A DNA stretch of 64,000 bases. It comes from a candidate division WOR-3 bacterium. Its GTDB lineage: Bacteria; Hydrothermota; Tepidihabitantia; SM23-42. Where the stretch lies: NCBI GenBank assembly GCA_020343595.1, contig CP070802.1:297151-361150 (forward strand), read 5' to 3'. A program made the position numbers and the translations under genes. The notes beneath the pieces were generated by a model. It ran no database searches. It was not told where the DNA came from and worked only from the letters and a program-made list of their open reading frames with translations. Every line of letters starts with the position of its first letter. Position 1 is the first letter of the stretch. Below, piece after piece: positions 17,604 through 27,185 of the stretch.

Positions 17604-18428
17604 TTAGGGATTTCTGGTAGGTTCAAATGTGACCGAAAATTGGTGGGCAACGGAAAGATTGCCATAGACGATGGAATATCCGATATCATAATTCTCCACC
17701 GATACCGAAATGCCTCCTGTCCAGCACAAATCGTCAGTCGAGAAGCCAATTGTGGTCTCTCCGGTAAGATTCTCGGGCGGCAAATACCTTCCGCCAAGCA
17801 GTAACTTCAGATTCTGGTAAGTGTAGACGATGCCTGTACTCAGCTCGATATGAGGCGCTTTCATTTCTGCATGAATGTCAATCGCCGAGGTCATGTGATA
17901 CTTTATGCCGATTGCCGAATATAACGGTATTGCAGTATTTTCTGCCAATTCCTTACCTAAGTTATCAACTTTCAAGCCTATTGAAAGAGAATTGTACTGG
18001 AAGTGAGTACCGATTACGGCACATAGACCATACATGCTCTGATCGTCTATCTGCTGGATAAAAGCCTTGAGCGCTATCCCTACCGGCCCGAATCTATAGC
18101 CTATCCCAGCACAGAGGTCGTAGGGAGTGAACACCATAGTGGGATTTCCTGCTTCGTCATATCCCTGTATCTGGCCGTAATTCAAATATGTGATGCCGAA
18201 TATGCTATTATCGTATGCGCCACCGCATGTAAGGTGGTTGGTACCGTAGAGCCAGCGTGACAGAGTGAAGTTAAAGCTCATCTCCTTCGAAAGAGCCGGA
18301 TTGTGAAAGATTGACAGACCCTCATCGATGAGAACGGATGAGCCACCGAGTCCTTGAGATATGACACCCGGAGAAAGCCGGAGGAATTGATTCGACTCGA
18401 TAGCAACTACGAAGAATAGTAATATCAT
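17604..18428 (-). CDS. Predicted outer-membrane beta-barrel protein, possibly PorP/SprF-like partner of the upstream T9SS cargo
   Basis: Alternating aromatic/hydrophobic beta-strand pattern, about 274 aa. Overlaps the preceding CTD cargo gene by 4 nt. The PorP/SprF assignment is inference only. Confidence 0.4.
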   Translation of the reverse strand: MILLFFVVAIESNQFLRLSPGVISQGLGGSSVLIDEGLSIFHNPALSKEMSFNFTLSRWLYGTNHLTCGGAYDNSIFGITYLNYGQIQGYDEAGNPTMVFTPYDLCAGIGYRFGPVGIALKAFIQQIDDQSMYGLCAVIGTHFQYNSLSIGLKVDNLGKELAENTAIPLYSAIGIKYHMTSAIDIHAEMKAPHIELSTGIVYTYQNLKLLLGGRYLPPENLTGETTIGFSTDDLCWTGGISVSVENYDIGYSIVYGNLSVAHQFSVTFEPTRNP

Positions 18429-19669
18429 TTGATTATCGCCAACCGTGTCCTGTACTGATATCTGCTATACGTAGTCTCGATGATGATATGAAGAAAATAG
18501 ACACCCACGGGCAGGTCACCTCTCGATAATCTTATTCCGGCGGGATTCTGGGTTTCCTCCTCATATACTCGCTGTCCCAGGATATTTGTCATTGTGATCT
18601 TAGCCTTTAGAAAATCCTCATGCCAGGGCAGAATGACATCAGCAGATGTCTGCAAGGGATTGGGCCAAATCATAACTTCCTGTTCGGAGACGGATGACCC
18701 GATTTCGGCGTCAAGGTCAACTGAAATCGGCAAATGATCGGATGCCCAGTACAGTGCATCTGCGACTTCTGGTGGAACGGCGCTGTTGTATCCGTAATTG
18801 ATCGAGAGATTGAAATGGGCCCCATCATTACCGCAGATGGTGTAGGAATTGTCTATCATATGCAAACCTGTGGTATCGATGACAGCAGCCGAGCACAATA
18901 TCATATCGAATCGATCATCCAAGCCGCCCGTTGCGCCGCCATCAGGCAGTTGATCGACTCTGGTGGATTGCGTGTGTGCGCTTGCATAATTGCTGTTCTC
19001 ATGCCAGTTACCGGTCAAATGGAGAGGATCGATTAGTCTCCCGCTGATATTGGGCAGGCTATCGGTGAGCATCTGGAAAGCAGGTTCGTCACTGTAGTAT
19101 ATGTTGAAATCACCGGCAACGATGAAATTAGAGCCAGTGGGTAACGCGTCAAGACGCTCCCTGAGTATCGTCGCTTCCTGCAGCCGGATTTGCTCGTTGC
19201 TTAAACCCTGTGATGCTTTGAAATGGACCGAGAAGAGATAGATGTCGGTCGGTACACCTGACATCGTTAACCGGTATTCGGCGATATCGCGGTTAGTCGT
19301 CGTGTAGTACGTGGCACCCAAGTAGTTAATCCGGTCGGCGCGATAGAACAGTGCGTTGTCCGTGTCAGGTCCGTTATGGAACGGTGCGTGTGTATACGTG
19401 CTGTTAACGTAGTGCATGACTGAATCGAGGAAGAGCGAAGCACCTTCATTGCTGATCATCTCCTGCACCACGACCACGTCGGGGGCAACATAGGTCATTA
19501 CGGTCCTAAGCTCATCGAGCCGCTCGTAGCCGAGTGCATCGGGGAAATTAAGTATGTTGTATGTAGTGACACGTACAGATGCACCAAAGGCTGGCTCAAG
19601 CAGTATAGAAAGTAAGAACAGTAGTGACACACGGCTGGAATATCGAAAAACGAATGAACGCAGGGGCAT
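18425..19669 (-). CDS. Endonuclease/exonuclease/phosphatase (EEP) family protein with T9SS C-terminal sorting domain
   Basis: Signal peptide. EEP motifs (TTYNILNF...VVVQEM, ...SDHLPISVDL). C-terminal Por secretion tail (WPNP...GVYFLHI...). Confidence 0.75.
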   Translation of the reverse strand: MPLRSFVFRYSSRVSLLFLLSILLEPAFGASVRVTTYNILNFPDALGYERLDELRTVMTYVAPDVVVVQEMISNEGASLFLDSVMHYVNSTYTHAPFHNGPDTDNALFYRADRINYLGATYYTTTNRDIAEYRLTMSGVPTDIYLFSVHFKASQGLSNEQIRLQEATILRERLDALPTGSNFIVAGDFNIYYSDEPAFQMLTDSLPNISGRLIDPLHLTGNWHENSNYASAHTQSTRVDQLPDGGATGGLDDRFDMILCSAAVIDTTGLHMIDNSYTICGNDGAHFNLSINYGYNSAVPPEVADALYWASDHLPISVDLDAEIGSSVSEQEVMIWPNPLQTSADVILPWHEDFLKAKITMTNILGQRVYEEETQNPAGIRLSRGDLPVGVYFLHIIIETTYSRYQYRTRLAIIK

Positions 19670-19710
19670 GCTATAGTCCTCTCATCTGCTGATAAATCGT
19701 AATTTGATCG

Positions 19711-21219
19711 TCATTTGCGGGCGACATCGACTATTCTGCCTTCGATACGCCCCTTGATCGGAGAATGCTTCTTTACATATTCGGCGATTATGCTCCTCAG
19801 GTAATGGAAAGAATCTTGAATATTCTCTCCAGACTTGAAGATCGCGTATTCACCACCCCCTGCAGCAAGGAAGGAATTGGTGACAAGTGAATATCTATCT
19901 TCCGGTTTGATCGGCCTCCCGTCAGCCAAGGACACCTCGAGTATCCGGGACCCGATGGGTTTCTTCGAGTCATATCTGAACCGCAGCCCGGAAACCTGGA
20001 ATATTGCGTGATGGCCGTTGACCCCTATTTCCAGCGCTTCAATAATGTTCTGACCGGTCATTTCCATAATGACCGCAGTATTCGAGAGGGCATCAATATT
20101 ATAGCAATGACGGTAAGTAATGTCGCCCTTCGGCAAATTGGCTCTTATACCACCAGAATTATGTATCGCCACATCAACCTCGAAATACTCACGCATTGCA
20201 TCGGTGATCAGATTGCCGATAGCGGTCTCCTCAAAACCAGCCCTTGCGAGTTCCTCTTCTGAATAGCCGATGACTTCATCAAAGCCTTTCTGGGTAATTG
20301 TCTCCCATTTTTCTACCATCTCAAGCATCATGGTATCTTCATCGATCTGCTCGCTGAGAAGATCTACCAGTTCTCCCCTGTACCCTGCAACACGTCTTGT
20401 CTCTTTGTCGATCCAGAGGTCGAGAAATCCAACGCTGCTAAGATGACCATATGCCTGGCATATGATCGTGTGGTTTATAGAATCTTCATAAGGTACTTCC
20501 AGCGCAGTTGCGCTGTGTGAACCAACTATCACATCGATTCCTTCTACCGCCGTCGCCACGCGTTTATCATGACGTAATCCGATGCCGGTTATTGCAAAGA
20601 TCAAGTCGACATCCTTTGCCCTAAGCGAGTCAACGTACCACCCAGCCGTTTCGATCTCGGGTAGGACATCATGATTTTCAAATCTCTCCGGCGTGGTCAT
20701 GCCAGACATGTACTCGGTAAGTAAACTGAATATACCTATACGTACTCCGGTTCGCTCGACTATCGTATAGGGTTCCAAGTAGTCTACGACACTGCGGGTC
20801 TCATTGTCCACGATGTTGCTACCAAGGAACGTAGCATCTACCTTGTCCACGAATTGTCTGAACACGTCAACACCTTGATCATAGTCGTGATTGCCCGGTG
20901 CTACCACATCGTAGCCGCAGTAGTTGAAGTATTCGGCAACTGCGTGGCCTTTTGAGAATTCACCGACCGGTGATCCGACGAACATATCGCCAGCGTCGAA
21001 TAATAGAAATCCGTATCCGAGGCTGTCGGCTTCGACACGTTTTTCTCTAATGAAAGTCGCTGCCGCTGCGGCGTTGCCGATCGGCGGCGGAAAGTACGGA
21101 TTCATCCACCAAGCAGTGCTTGGTGATAGTGCACCCTCGATGTCATTGGTATGTAGAATATAGATGTGGGCGTATTGTTGAGTCGACGAAAGAAGGAAAA
21201 TTAGGAGAATGCTAAACAA
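19711..21219 (-). CDS. Secreted bifunctional metallophosphatase / 5'-nucleotidase (UshA family)
   Basis: Signal peptide. Calcineurin-like motifs (ILHTNDIEG, GNHDYD). 5'-nucleotidase C-terminal domain. Confidence 0.8.
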   Translation of the reverse strand: MFSILLIFLLSSTQQYAHIYILHTNDIEGALSPSTAWWMNPYFPPPIGNAAAAATFIREKRVEADSLGYGFLLFDAGDMFVGSPVGEFSKGHAVAEYFNYCGYDVVAPGNHDYDQGVDVFRQFVDKVDATFLGSNIVDNETRSVVDYLEPYTIVERTGVRIGIFSLLTEYMSGMTTPERFENHDVLPEIETAGWYVDSLRAKDVDLIFAITGIGLRHDKRVATAVEGIDVIVGSHSATALEVPYEDSINHTIICQAYGHLSSVGFLDLWIDKETRRVAGYRGELVDLLSEQIDEDTMMLEMVEKWETITQKGFDEVIGYSEEELARAGFEETAIGNLITDAMREYFEVDVAIHNSGGIRANLPKGDITYRHCYNIDALSNTAVIMEMTGQNIIEALEIGVNGHHAIFQVSGLRFRYDSKKPIGSRILEVSLADGRPIKPEDRYSLVTNSFLAAGGGEYAIFKSGENIQDSFHYLRSIIAEYVKKHSPIKGRIEGRIVDVARK

Positions 21220-21225
21220 CGTGTC

Positions 21226-22314
21226 TCAGAATTGCATTCCGATTGAAATCATGAAATGATGGGCAGTTTCATCCAGCTTGTAGTTCTCACTGAGTTCAAG
21301 GTGCGCGTAATCCGAGGCAAGATAATCACGCTTTCCATAGCAATATCCTATATCGAAGGCATAAAGTCCTGTTTGAAATCCGAAACCAAGAGTGAGATTA
21401 GTTGTCCATATCACATCCTGTTGATAGTCCGGGAAAACACAGAAACCATAACGCAGGTTATACTTCTGGAGGATCATGTGCTCTATGCCGATTTTATAAA
21501 TAAATATATCTTCGGAAAATATACCATCCCACATTTCAGCCTCGACCTGTGCAAGGAACCTCGTCGGGATTCTTCCAGGAGGCTGATACATTAGCCCGAA
21601 CGAATGTACGGCGGGATACTCATGACCGTCGTCGGTAAGTTGATATTTGTGCTGGTACGAATATGACATCCGAAAATTTATTGCCGGTATGAATGAGGCG
21701 CCGAGTTTTATACTGTTGCCGTTGAAGTTTGTCTCGTCGCTGCTGACCGTATCCGAAAGTTGCGGTATGATCACGGTTCTCTCCATGACCCGACTGCCCA
21801 ACATGAAGGAATTGCTTGCACCGATGCTGATGGACCTGTAATTGAGGGCGATCACGGGAGTAATGGCATGGGCATAACCCCGGTGAGTGAGTTCATCGAT
21901 GCGGACGATCTGGTAGAAGTCATCGCGATGTTCCTCATAATAGGTGTAATTATAGTCCCACGCTGGAGCATACTCCAAACCGAGCCGTAGCATGCGGAAC
22001 GGGAAAACAACAAAGCAATTGCCTGGATTCAGATACGTACCGGTATTGCTTGCAACAGTAGCGATACCTATGTTATTACCGAATGAATCATACACGCGCA
22101 ATCCGCGGTCTTCGTTCTGCACCGAGATCAAACCGGAGATCCGTATCGCCCTTTCCGTAAAAAGGGTAATGGATGCGGGATTGTCTGTACTCTCCAAGAC
22201 AAGGGACACACCGCCGAGCGACATCGAACGGGCGTCGGTGTAGAATATACGATCGCCCTGATAGGACACGCCGGGCAGGGTCAATCCTGTTAAGAAAATG
22301 GTCAGCAGTAGCAT
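21226..22314 (-). CDS. Hypothetical outer-membrane beta-barrel protein
   Basis: Signal peptide. Amphipathic beta-strand pattern. C-terminal ...IGMQF ending in Phe. Confidence 0.45.
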   Translation of the reverse strand: MLLLTIFLTGLTLPGVSYQGDRIFYTDARSMSLGGVSLVLESTDNPASITLFTERAIRISGLISVQNEDRGLRVYDSFGNNIGIATVASNTGTYLNPGNCFVVFPFRMLRLGLEYAPAWDYNYTYYEEHRDDFYQIVRIDELTHRGYAHAITPVIALNYRSISIGASNSFMLGSRVMERTVIIPQLSDTVSSDETNFNGNSIKLGASFIPAINFRMSYSYQHKYQLTDDGHEYPAVHSFGLMYQPPGRIPTRFLAQVEAEMWDGIFSEDIFIYKIGIEHMILQKYNLRYGFCVFPDYQQDVIWTTNLTLGFGFQTGLYAFDIGYCYGKRDYLASDYAHLELSENYKLDETAHHFMISIGMQF

Positions 22315-22856
22315 TATGGAATCATTACTGCAGCAGCGAGTACGGTAGTCCAGAGTCCATATTTGTCACCTATCGCCGTCTGCGTTATATTCATGGTCTT
22401 GACGATCTTCGTGGAGATCTTCCAGAGTTCCTTTCGTTCATCATAGCTGATATCGGGATCGAACGGTACGCCGAGGGTGGTTGCAAGCATCTGAGCCGCG
22501 AGGTCCTCTGCTTTGTCGCCAGCACGCGATTCAGTCTCGCCGAACGAATGATACTCGGAGAGATACCCGTATTGCGTGCGGTCACTTGGAATGGCAACGC
22601 CTATCGATGCCGCCAGTAACCGGTGGGGCTCATTAGCACTGGATTCTGCTACAACGGCATATATTAGTTCTCCGGGCGAAAGCTGTTGAATACCCTTGCT
22701 CCTCGGTAGAATCTTTGCACCAGGCGGTAATATACTCGAGACCCTGACGATGTTGAATGGCGCTATCCCTGCATCCCGCAGGGCTGCTTCGAAACTGGTA
22801 AGCTTCTCTCTATGCTTACCAACGCCCTTGGTCAAGAAAATTCTCTTTGGTATCAT
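22314..22856 (-). CDS. pdaD: Pyruvoyl-dependent arginine decarboxylase
   Basis: Strong similarity to the PdaD/AaxB family (IPKRIFLTKGVGKHREKLTSFEAALRDAGIAPFNIVRVSSILPP, with the Ser-Ser cleavage site). Start set at ATG 22856 because the longer ORF runs into the tRNA. Confidence 0.75.
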   Translation of the reverse strand: MIPKRIFLTKGVGKHREKLTSFEAALRDAGIAPFNIVRVSSILPPGAKILPRSKGIQQLSPGELIYAVVAESSANEPHRLLAASIGVAIPSDRTQYGYLSEYHSFGETESRAGDKAEDLAAQMLATTLGVPFDPDISYDERKELWKISTKIVKTMNITQTAIGDKYGLWTTVLAAAVMIP

Positions 22857-22867
22857 ATTCCCCGAAA

Positions 22868-22940
22868 TGGAGCAGACCAGAGTCGAACTGGCGACCTTCT
22901 CGCTGCGAACGAGACGCTCTCCCAACTGAGCTACTGCCCC
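22868..22940 (-). tRNA. tRNA-Ala (anticodon CGC), 73 nt, CCA not encoded
   Basis: Folded by hand into a cloverleaf: GGGGCAG TA GCTC AGTTGGGA GAGC G TCTCG TTCGCAG CGAGA AGGTC GCCAG TTCGACT CTGGT CTGCTCC A. G3:U70 Ala identity pair is present. Confidence 0.85.
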
Positions 22941-22985
22941 TCATTTTGCTCGTCATTATAGCAAAATCTGTATACGTGTCAACAT

Positions 22986-23594
22986 TCATTTATGTGATTT
23001 CTTGACACCCAACTCATCTTCTATTATTCTTAATATTTGGTGCACGGTTGTTTGCAGATTTTTGTTTTCGATCACGTATCTGTAATCCTTTCTATACCCC
23101 AGCTCGTGCATTGCCTTTGCGATCCTGTTTTTGATGACTTCATCCTTATCTGTGTCCCTCTTCTTCAAACGCCGTTCTAACTCCGCTATATCGGGAGGAA
23201 TGATGTAGAAGTATATCCCGTCGGGATAAAGATTCATGAGTCTCCTTGCTCCCTGCACGTCTACATCCATCAATATGTTAAAACCGGTATTGAGTCCATC
23301 CTCAAGTGATTTCTTCGGGGTGCCGTACAGGTTGCCATATACTTCAGCGTATTCGACGAAGCGCCCCTGTGTTATCCATTGATTGAACTCCTCGATGCTG
23401 AGAAAGATATATTCTCTACCGTCTTTCTCGACCGTTCTCTTTGGTCTGGATGTCGCCGAGACGGAATAACGAACATCAGGACGTTCAGCCAGAATCCTGT
23501 CACAGATCGTTGTCTTACCGACACCTGAAGGACCGGAGAGAACGATGACCTTTCCTCTACTCAAGATTCTGCACCTGCTCTCTGATCTTCTCAA
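22986..23594 (-). CDS. gmk: Guanylate kinase
   Basis: P-loop LSGPSGVGKTT and guanylate kinase signature. The ORF 5' end overlaps the yicC 3' end by 38 nt (the only in-frame ATG is the ORF start), so the true start may be a non-ATG codon further downstream. Confidence 0.85.
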   Translation of the reverse strand: MRRSESRCRILSRGKVIVLSGPSGVGKTTICDRILAERPDVRYSVSATSRPKRTVEKDGREYIFLSIEEFNQWITQGRFVEYAEVYGNLYGTPKKSLEDGLNTGFNILMDVDVQGARRLMNLYPDGIYFYIIPPDIAELERRLKKRDTDKDEVIKNRIAKAMHELGYRKDYRYVIENKNLQTTVHQILRIIEDELGVKKSHK

Positions 23595-24432
23595 CCTCTT
23601 CCTTTATACGAACCGCAGTCTTACTGATCTCCAGGTAATTAGCCTTGACACCGAGGGTGTTCGCTTCACGCTGCATTTCCTGAAGAAGGAAATTCAATCT
23701 GCGCCCGGGATGGTCTTCCGTCTTTAGTGAATCCTGAAATATCATCAGGTGACTGGAAAGCCTTTTGCACTCCTCGGTGACGTCGGTACGTTCTGCTGTG
23801 TAAAATAATTCCTGGTATAGACGCTCCTCGTTGATTTCCTTCATCGCTCCTCGAACAATCGAAAGCAAATGCTCTTTGTAATACTTGTTACGTTCAGGAA
23901 TGATCTTCTCGATCTCGTGGACGCACTCCTTGATTATTTTGACCGACTTGCTTATCTCCCGGACAATATTCTTCCCCTCTTTCTTTTTCATCTCCATGAG
24001 ATCGTGTATAGCTCTTTCAAGGATCGGCTTGAAATCCTTGTAGATGCCTTCAGATTCGATTTGTGGCTGACTGAACTTTATTAATCCGGGTATGGAAAGT
24101 AGCGTGTTAATATCGATCTCTCCACCAATGTGATAGTTTGCACGCAACTCTTCGGCCAGCTTCAAGTATGCATCGAGAAGATTTCTATCGACCTCAATCT
24201 TTGTAGGTATGATCTCTCTGTCCTGCTGGATCACGACGACGATATGTCCTCGCGTGAGCCGAGCCTGCACATCGCGACGTATTTCTGTCTCACAGGGCGC
24301 AAGGCAATTTGGAAGTTTTATCGATATGTCGAGAAACCGATGATTGTAAGATCTTATTTCAACATCGAATTTCAATGGCGGCTCTTTCAAATCACCACTT
24401 GCCCTACCGATACCAGTCATGCTATATGCCAC
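23557..24432 (-). CDS. yicC: YicC family stress-induced protein (YicC_N + DUF1732)
   Basis: N-terminal MxSMTGxG signature (MAYSMTGIGRA). Conserved yicC-gmk adjacency. Confidence 0.8.
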   Translation of the reverse strand: MAYSMTGIGRASGDLKEPPLKFDVEIRSYNHRFLDISIKLPNCLAPCETEIRRDVQARLTRGHIVVVIQQDREIIPTKIEVDRNLLDAYLKLAEELRANYHIGGEIDINTLLSIPGLIKFSQPQIESEGIYKDFKPILERAIHDLMEMKKKEGKNIVREISKSVKIIKECVHEIEKIIPERNKYYKEHLLSIVRGAMKEINEERLYQELFYTAERTDVTEECKRLSSHLMIFQDSLKTEDHPGRRLNFLLQEMQREANTLGVKANYLEISKTAVRIKEEVEKIREQVQNLE

Positions 24433-24869
24433 TATTCCTCCAGGATAATTGTTACTGGACCCTCATTCACCAGAGCAACTGACATCCTATCGCCGAACGA
24501 TCCTGACCTTGCAGTTATACCGGAATAAGTAAAGGCATCAATGAAACTCCCGTAGAGAACCTCTGCCAGTTTAGGCTCTTCCGCGTTACTGAATGATGGC
24601 CGCCTCCCGCGTGATGTATCGGCAAGCAGCGTGAATTGGGAAACAATGAGCGCTTCACCGCCGATATCTTTCAGAGAATGATTGAATTTTCCCTGTTCGT
24701 CCTCGAAAATCCGCAAGTTCATACACCGTTCGGCGAGACGCCTGGCCGTAGCTTCATCGTCTCCCCTCTTCACGCCAAGCAAAACGAGTATTCCCCTTCC
24801 AATATTCGATTGCATCTTTTCGCCAACGCACACTTCGGCTTCGCGCACTCTCTGAATGACCGCAATCAT
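24432..24869 (-). CDS. dtd: D-aminoacyl-tRNA deacylase
   Basis: MIAVIQRV N-terminus, SQFTL and NEGPVT motifs, 145 aa. Confidence 0.85.
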   Translation of the reverse strand: MIAVIQRVREAEVCVGEKMQSNIGRGILVLLGVKRGDDEATARRLAERCMNLRIFEDEQGKFNHSLKDIGGEALIVSQFTLLADTSRGRRPSFSNAEEPKLAEVLYGSFIDAFTYSGITARSGSFGDRMSVALVNEGPVTIILEE

Positions 24870-24902
24870 CTCAAAGGGCTGAGCTAACCAGCATGCTCGA
24901 CT

Positions 24903-25496
24903 TCATTGCTTGAGAATCGTAATGATCGTTGCAGCAAAACTGGCCGATGCCTCTGGTCGTGAACATGTAACGACGTTATCGCTTATCTCGACGTCTGCAT
25001 CAGTACAAGTTCTGCAGCATTTGCCGATTTCATCCCTGATCGCTGGATATGCGGTGACGATCTTGTCAGTGAGTATACCAGCACGACCCAAAACCATCGG
25101 CGCAATGCAAATGGCTCCGATGAGTTTCTTCTGAGAATCAAATTCCTTTACAATGGTATGAAGGATTTCATTATTCCAGAGCTGCTCGCATCCCTTGCCA
25201 CCGATGATGATCAACGCGTCAAATTCATCTACATTCGATTTGTCGAGTGCTATGTCCGGCTTGACAACTCTTCCAAACATACCTGTTGCAGGAGTTGTAT
25301 CAATCGAAGCCACTGTGATCTTAACTTCATGCCGTTTCAGTGAATCATACGTCACACTGAACTCATCATCCCGAAAATCCTCAGGAGCAATGACGATGAG
25401 TGCCGATTTTTTCTGCTCCGCAGCCTTGGATGGTTCCCCTCCAGTCCCACACGACAGGATCAAAGTGAAAGCAAGTAATAACAAATTTTTCATCAA
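24903..25496 (-). CDS. DJ-1/PfpI family protein, lipoprotein-type signal
   Basis: Nucleophile-elbow Cys in AICIAP. N-terminal LILSCG lipobox. Confidence 0.7.
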   Translation of the reverse strand: MMKNLLLLAFTLILSCGTGGEPSKAAEQKKSALIVIAPEDFRDDEFSVTYDSLKRHEVKITVASIDTTPATGMFGRVVKPDIALDKSNVDEFDALIIIGGKGCEQLWNNEILHTIVKEFDSQKKLIGAICIAPMVLGRAGILTDKIVTAYPAIRDEIGKCCRTCTDADVEISDNVVTCSRPEASASFAATIITILKQ

Positions 25497-25551
25497 AATC
25501 CTCCTTTCTGAATAGCGCTACAAGTAAAGCTACAATCACTTCACCTCATAA

Positions 25552-25623
25552 GCGGGGGACGGGATTCGAACCCGCAACCAACGGCTTGGAAGGCCGTGAC
25601 TCTACCATTGAGCTACCCCCGCA
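25552..25623 (-). tRNA. tRNA-Gly (anticodon TCC), 72 nt, CCA not encoded
   Basis: Cloverleaf by hand: GCGGGGG TA GCTC AATGGTA GAGT C ACGGC CTTCCAA GCCGT TGGTT GCGGG TTCGAAT CCCGT CCCCCGC T. U73 discriminator. Confidence 0.85.
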
Positions 25624-25815
25624 CCGTCCATTATAGCGCAGTATTGCTGAAAGTCAACATGATCGTGAGACCTTATCATGCTATGCTGTAATATTGACAA
25701 TACAGCGGAATTAAGATAGAATGAAAAAATGATTTCAATGTGTGGATTTCCAATCAATAAACTAACCTTCAAGAACGCCAAGGTAGGTTGAGTAATTAAC
25801 GCTAATGAGGGAGGA

Positions 25816-27138
25816 ATGATGTTGGATAGGCTATTCAAACTGAAAGAAAACAGCACGTCAGTGAGTCAGGAGATGATCGGAGGTCTGACTACATTCATGA
25901 CCATGGCTTACATTATTTTCGTGCAACCAGCAGTCTTGGCAGCTGCGGGCATGGATTTCGGGGCGGTCATGGTGGCGACGTGCGTTTCGAGCGCAGTAGC
26001 GATCTTCTTCATGGCTTTCCTCGCGAACTACCCTATTGCGTTGGCCCCGGCCATGGGTCACAATTTCTTCATCGTCTACACAGTATGTCTGACAATGGGC
26101 ATACCATGGCAGACCGCGCTGGGTGCTAATTTCATCTCAGGGGTTATTTTTATTATATTGTCTTTCTTCGGCTTTCGAGAGTCGCTCGTTAATTCAATAC
26201 CTAATTGCCTCAAACAAGCCATCGCCGTTGGTATCGGTCTTTTCATCGCCTTGATCGGGTTTCAATGGACGGGCATAGTGACCTACACTCCAGGAACGAT
26301 TGTCGGCCTCGGGGACTTGCACAGTCCTCCTGTACTATTGGCCATTCTCGGACTGTTCATAATCACCATTCTCTATACCTTGAAGGTTAAAGGAGCCATA
26401 GTCATCGGTATTGTTGCTACAGCTATCATCGGGATACCACTGGGTATCGTGAAATACTACGGTGTCGTCAGCACGCCGCCGTCAGTGTTACCAACGTTCC
26501 TCAAATTGAACGTTACAGCGGCATTCACACTTTCACTGATTCCAACGATCTTCATCCTTTTCTTCCTCGACCTTTTTGATACTGTGGGAACCCTGATCGG
26601 AGTGAGTGAACAAGCCGGTTTCGTAAAGGAAGGCAAACTGCCGAGGGCAAGACAAGCTCTCTTGTCGGACGCAATTGGTACGGTTACCGGAACGATCATG
26701 GGTACTTCAACGGTTACCAGTTATATCGAAAGTTCAACCGGCGTAGCAAGTGGTGCCCGTACCGGTCTAGCCAATATCTTCACTGGCATACTCTTTCTCA
26801 TTGCACTTCTCTTCTACCCGCTCGTAAAGATGATCGGAGGAGGTTATGGAATGGATGGGAGTGTTCTCTACCCGGTAACAGCTCCCGCTCTTATCATCGT
26901 CGGCACGCTGATGATGGCCGGTGTCACAAAGATAAACTGGAAGGATTTCACTGAGGCCATACCAGCGTTCCTCACGATCGTCATAATGCCATACGCCTAT
27001 TCAATAACCGAAGGCATTGCTGTGGGTTTCATCTTCTACACTGTGCTGAAGCTGGTTACGGGAAAAATCAGAGAGGTTCATCCGATTCTGATCGTCTTCA
27101 CTATACTCTTCGTCTTGAGGTACATCTTTCTAATGTAG
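25816..27138 (+). CDS. NCS2 family purine permease (AzgA/PbuG-like adenine/guanine/hypoxanthine transporter)
   Basis: N-terminal pattern LFKLKENSTSVSQEMIGGLTTFMTMAYIIFVQP typical of the AzgA subfamily. About 13 TM. RBS GAGGGAGG upstream. Confidence 0.8.
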   Translation: MMLDRLFKLKENSTSVSQEMIGGLTTFMTMAYIIFVQPAVLAAAGMDFGAVMVATCVSSAVAIFFMAFLANYPIALAPAMGHNFFIVYTVCLTMGIPWQTALGANFISGVIFIILSFFGFRESLVNSIPNCLKQAIAVGIGLFIALIGFQWTGIVTYTPGTIVGLGDLHSPPVLLAILGLFIITILYTLKVKGAIVIGIVATAIIGIPLGIVKYYGVVSTPPSVLPTFLKLNVTAAFTLSLIPTIFILFFLDLFDTVGTLIGVSEQAGFVKEGKLPRARQALLSDAIGTVTGTIMGTSTVTSYIESSTGVASGARTGLANIFTGILFLIALLFYPLVKMIGGGYGMDGSVLYPVTAPALIIVGTLMMAGVTKINWKDFTEAIPAFLTIVIMPYAYSITEGIAVGFIFYTVLKLVTGKIREVHPILIVFTILFVLRYIFLM

Positions 27139-27185
27139 GTTCGAATGCATGAAGCATTCTTGTTCGAAACAGTATCGGAGGTAAA

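Noticed and set aside
22857-22925. N-terminal extension of the pdaD ORF
   Set aside because: It overlaps the tRNA-Ala gene on the same strand. The internal ATG at 22856 gives the family-typical N-terminus.
25624-25815. Possible purine riboswitch upstream of the NCS2 purine permease
   Set aside because: The leader lacks the conserved UUUCUACC / three-way junction elements of guanine or adenine riboswitches. Only an ordinary RBS-containing leader is apparent.
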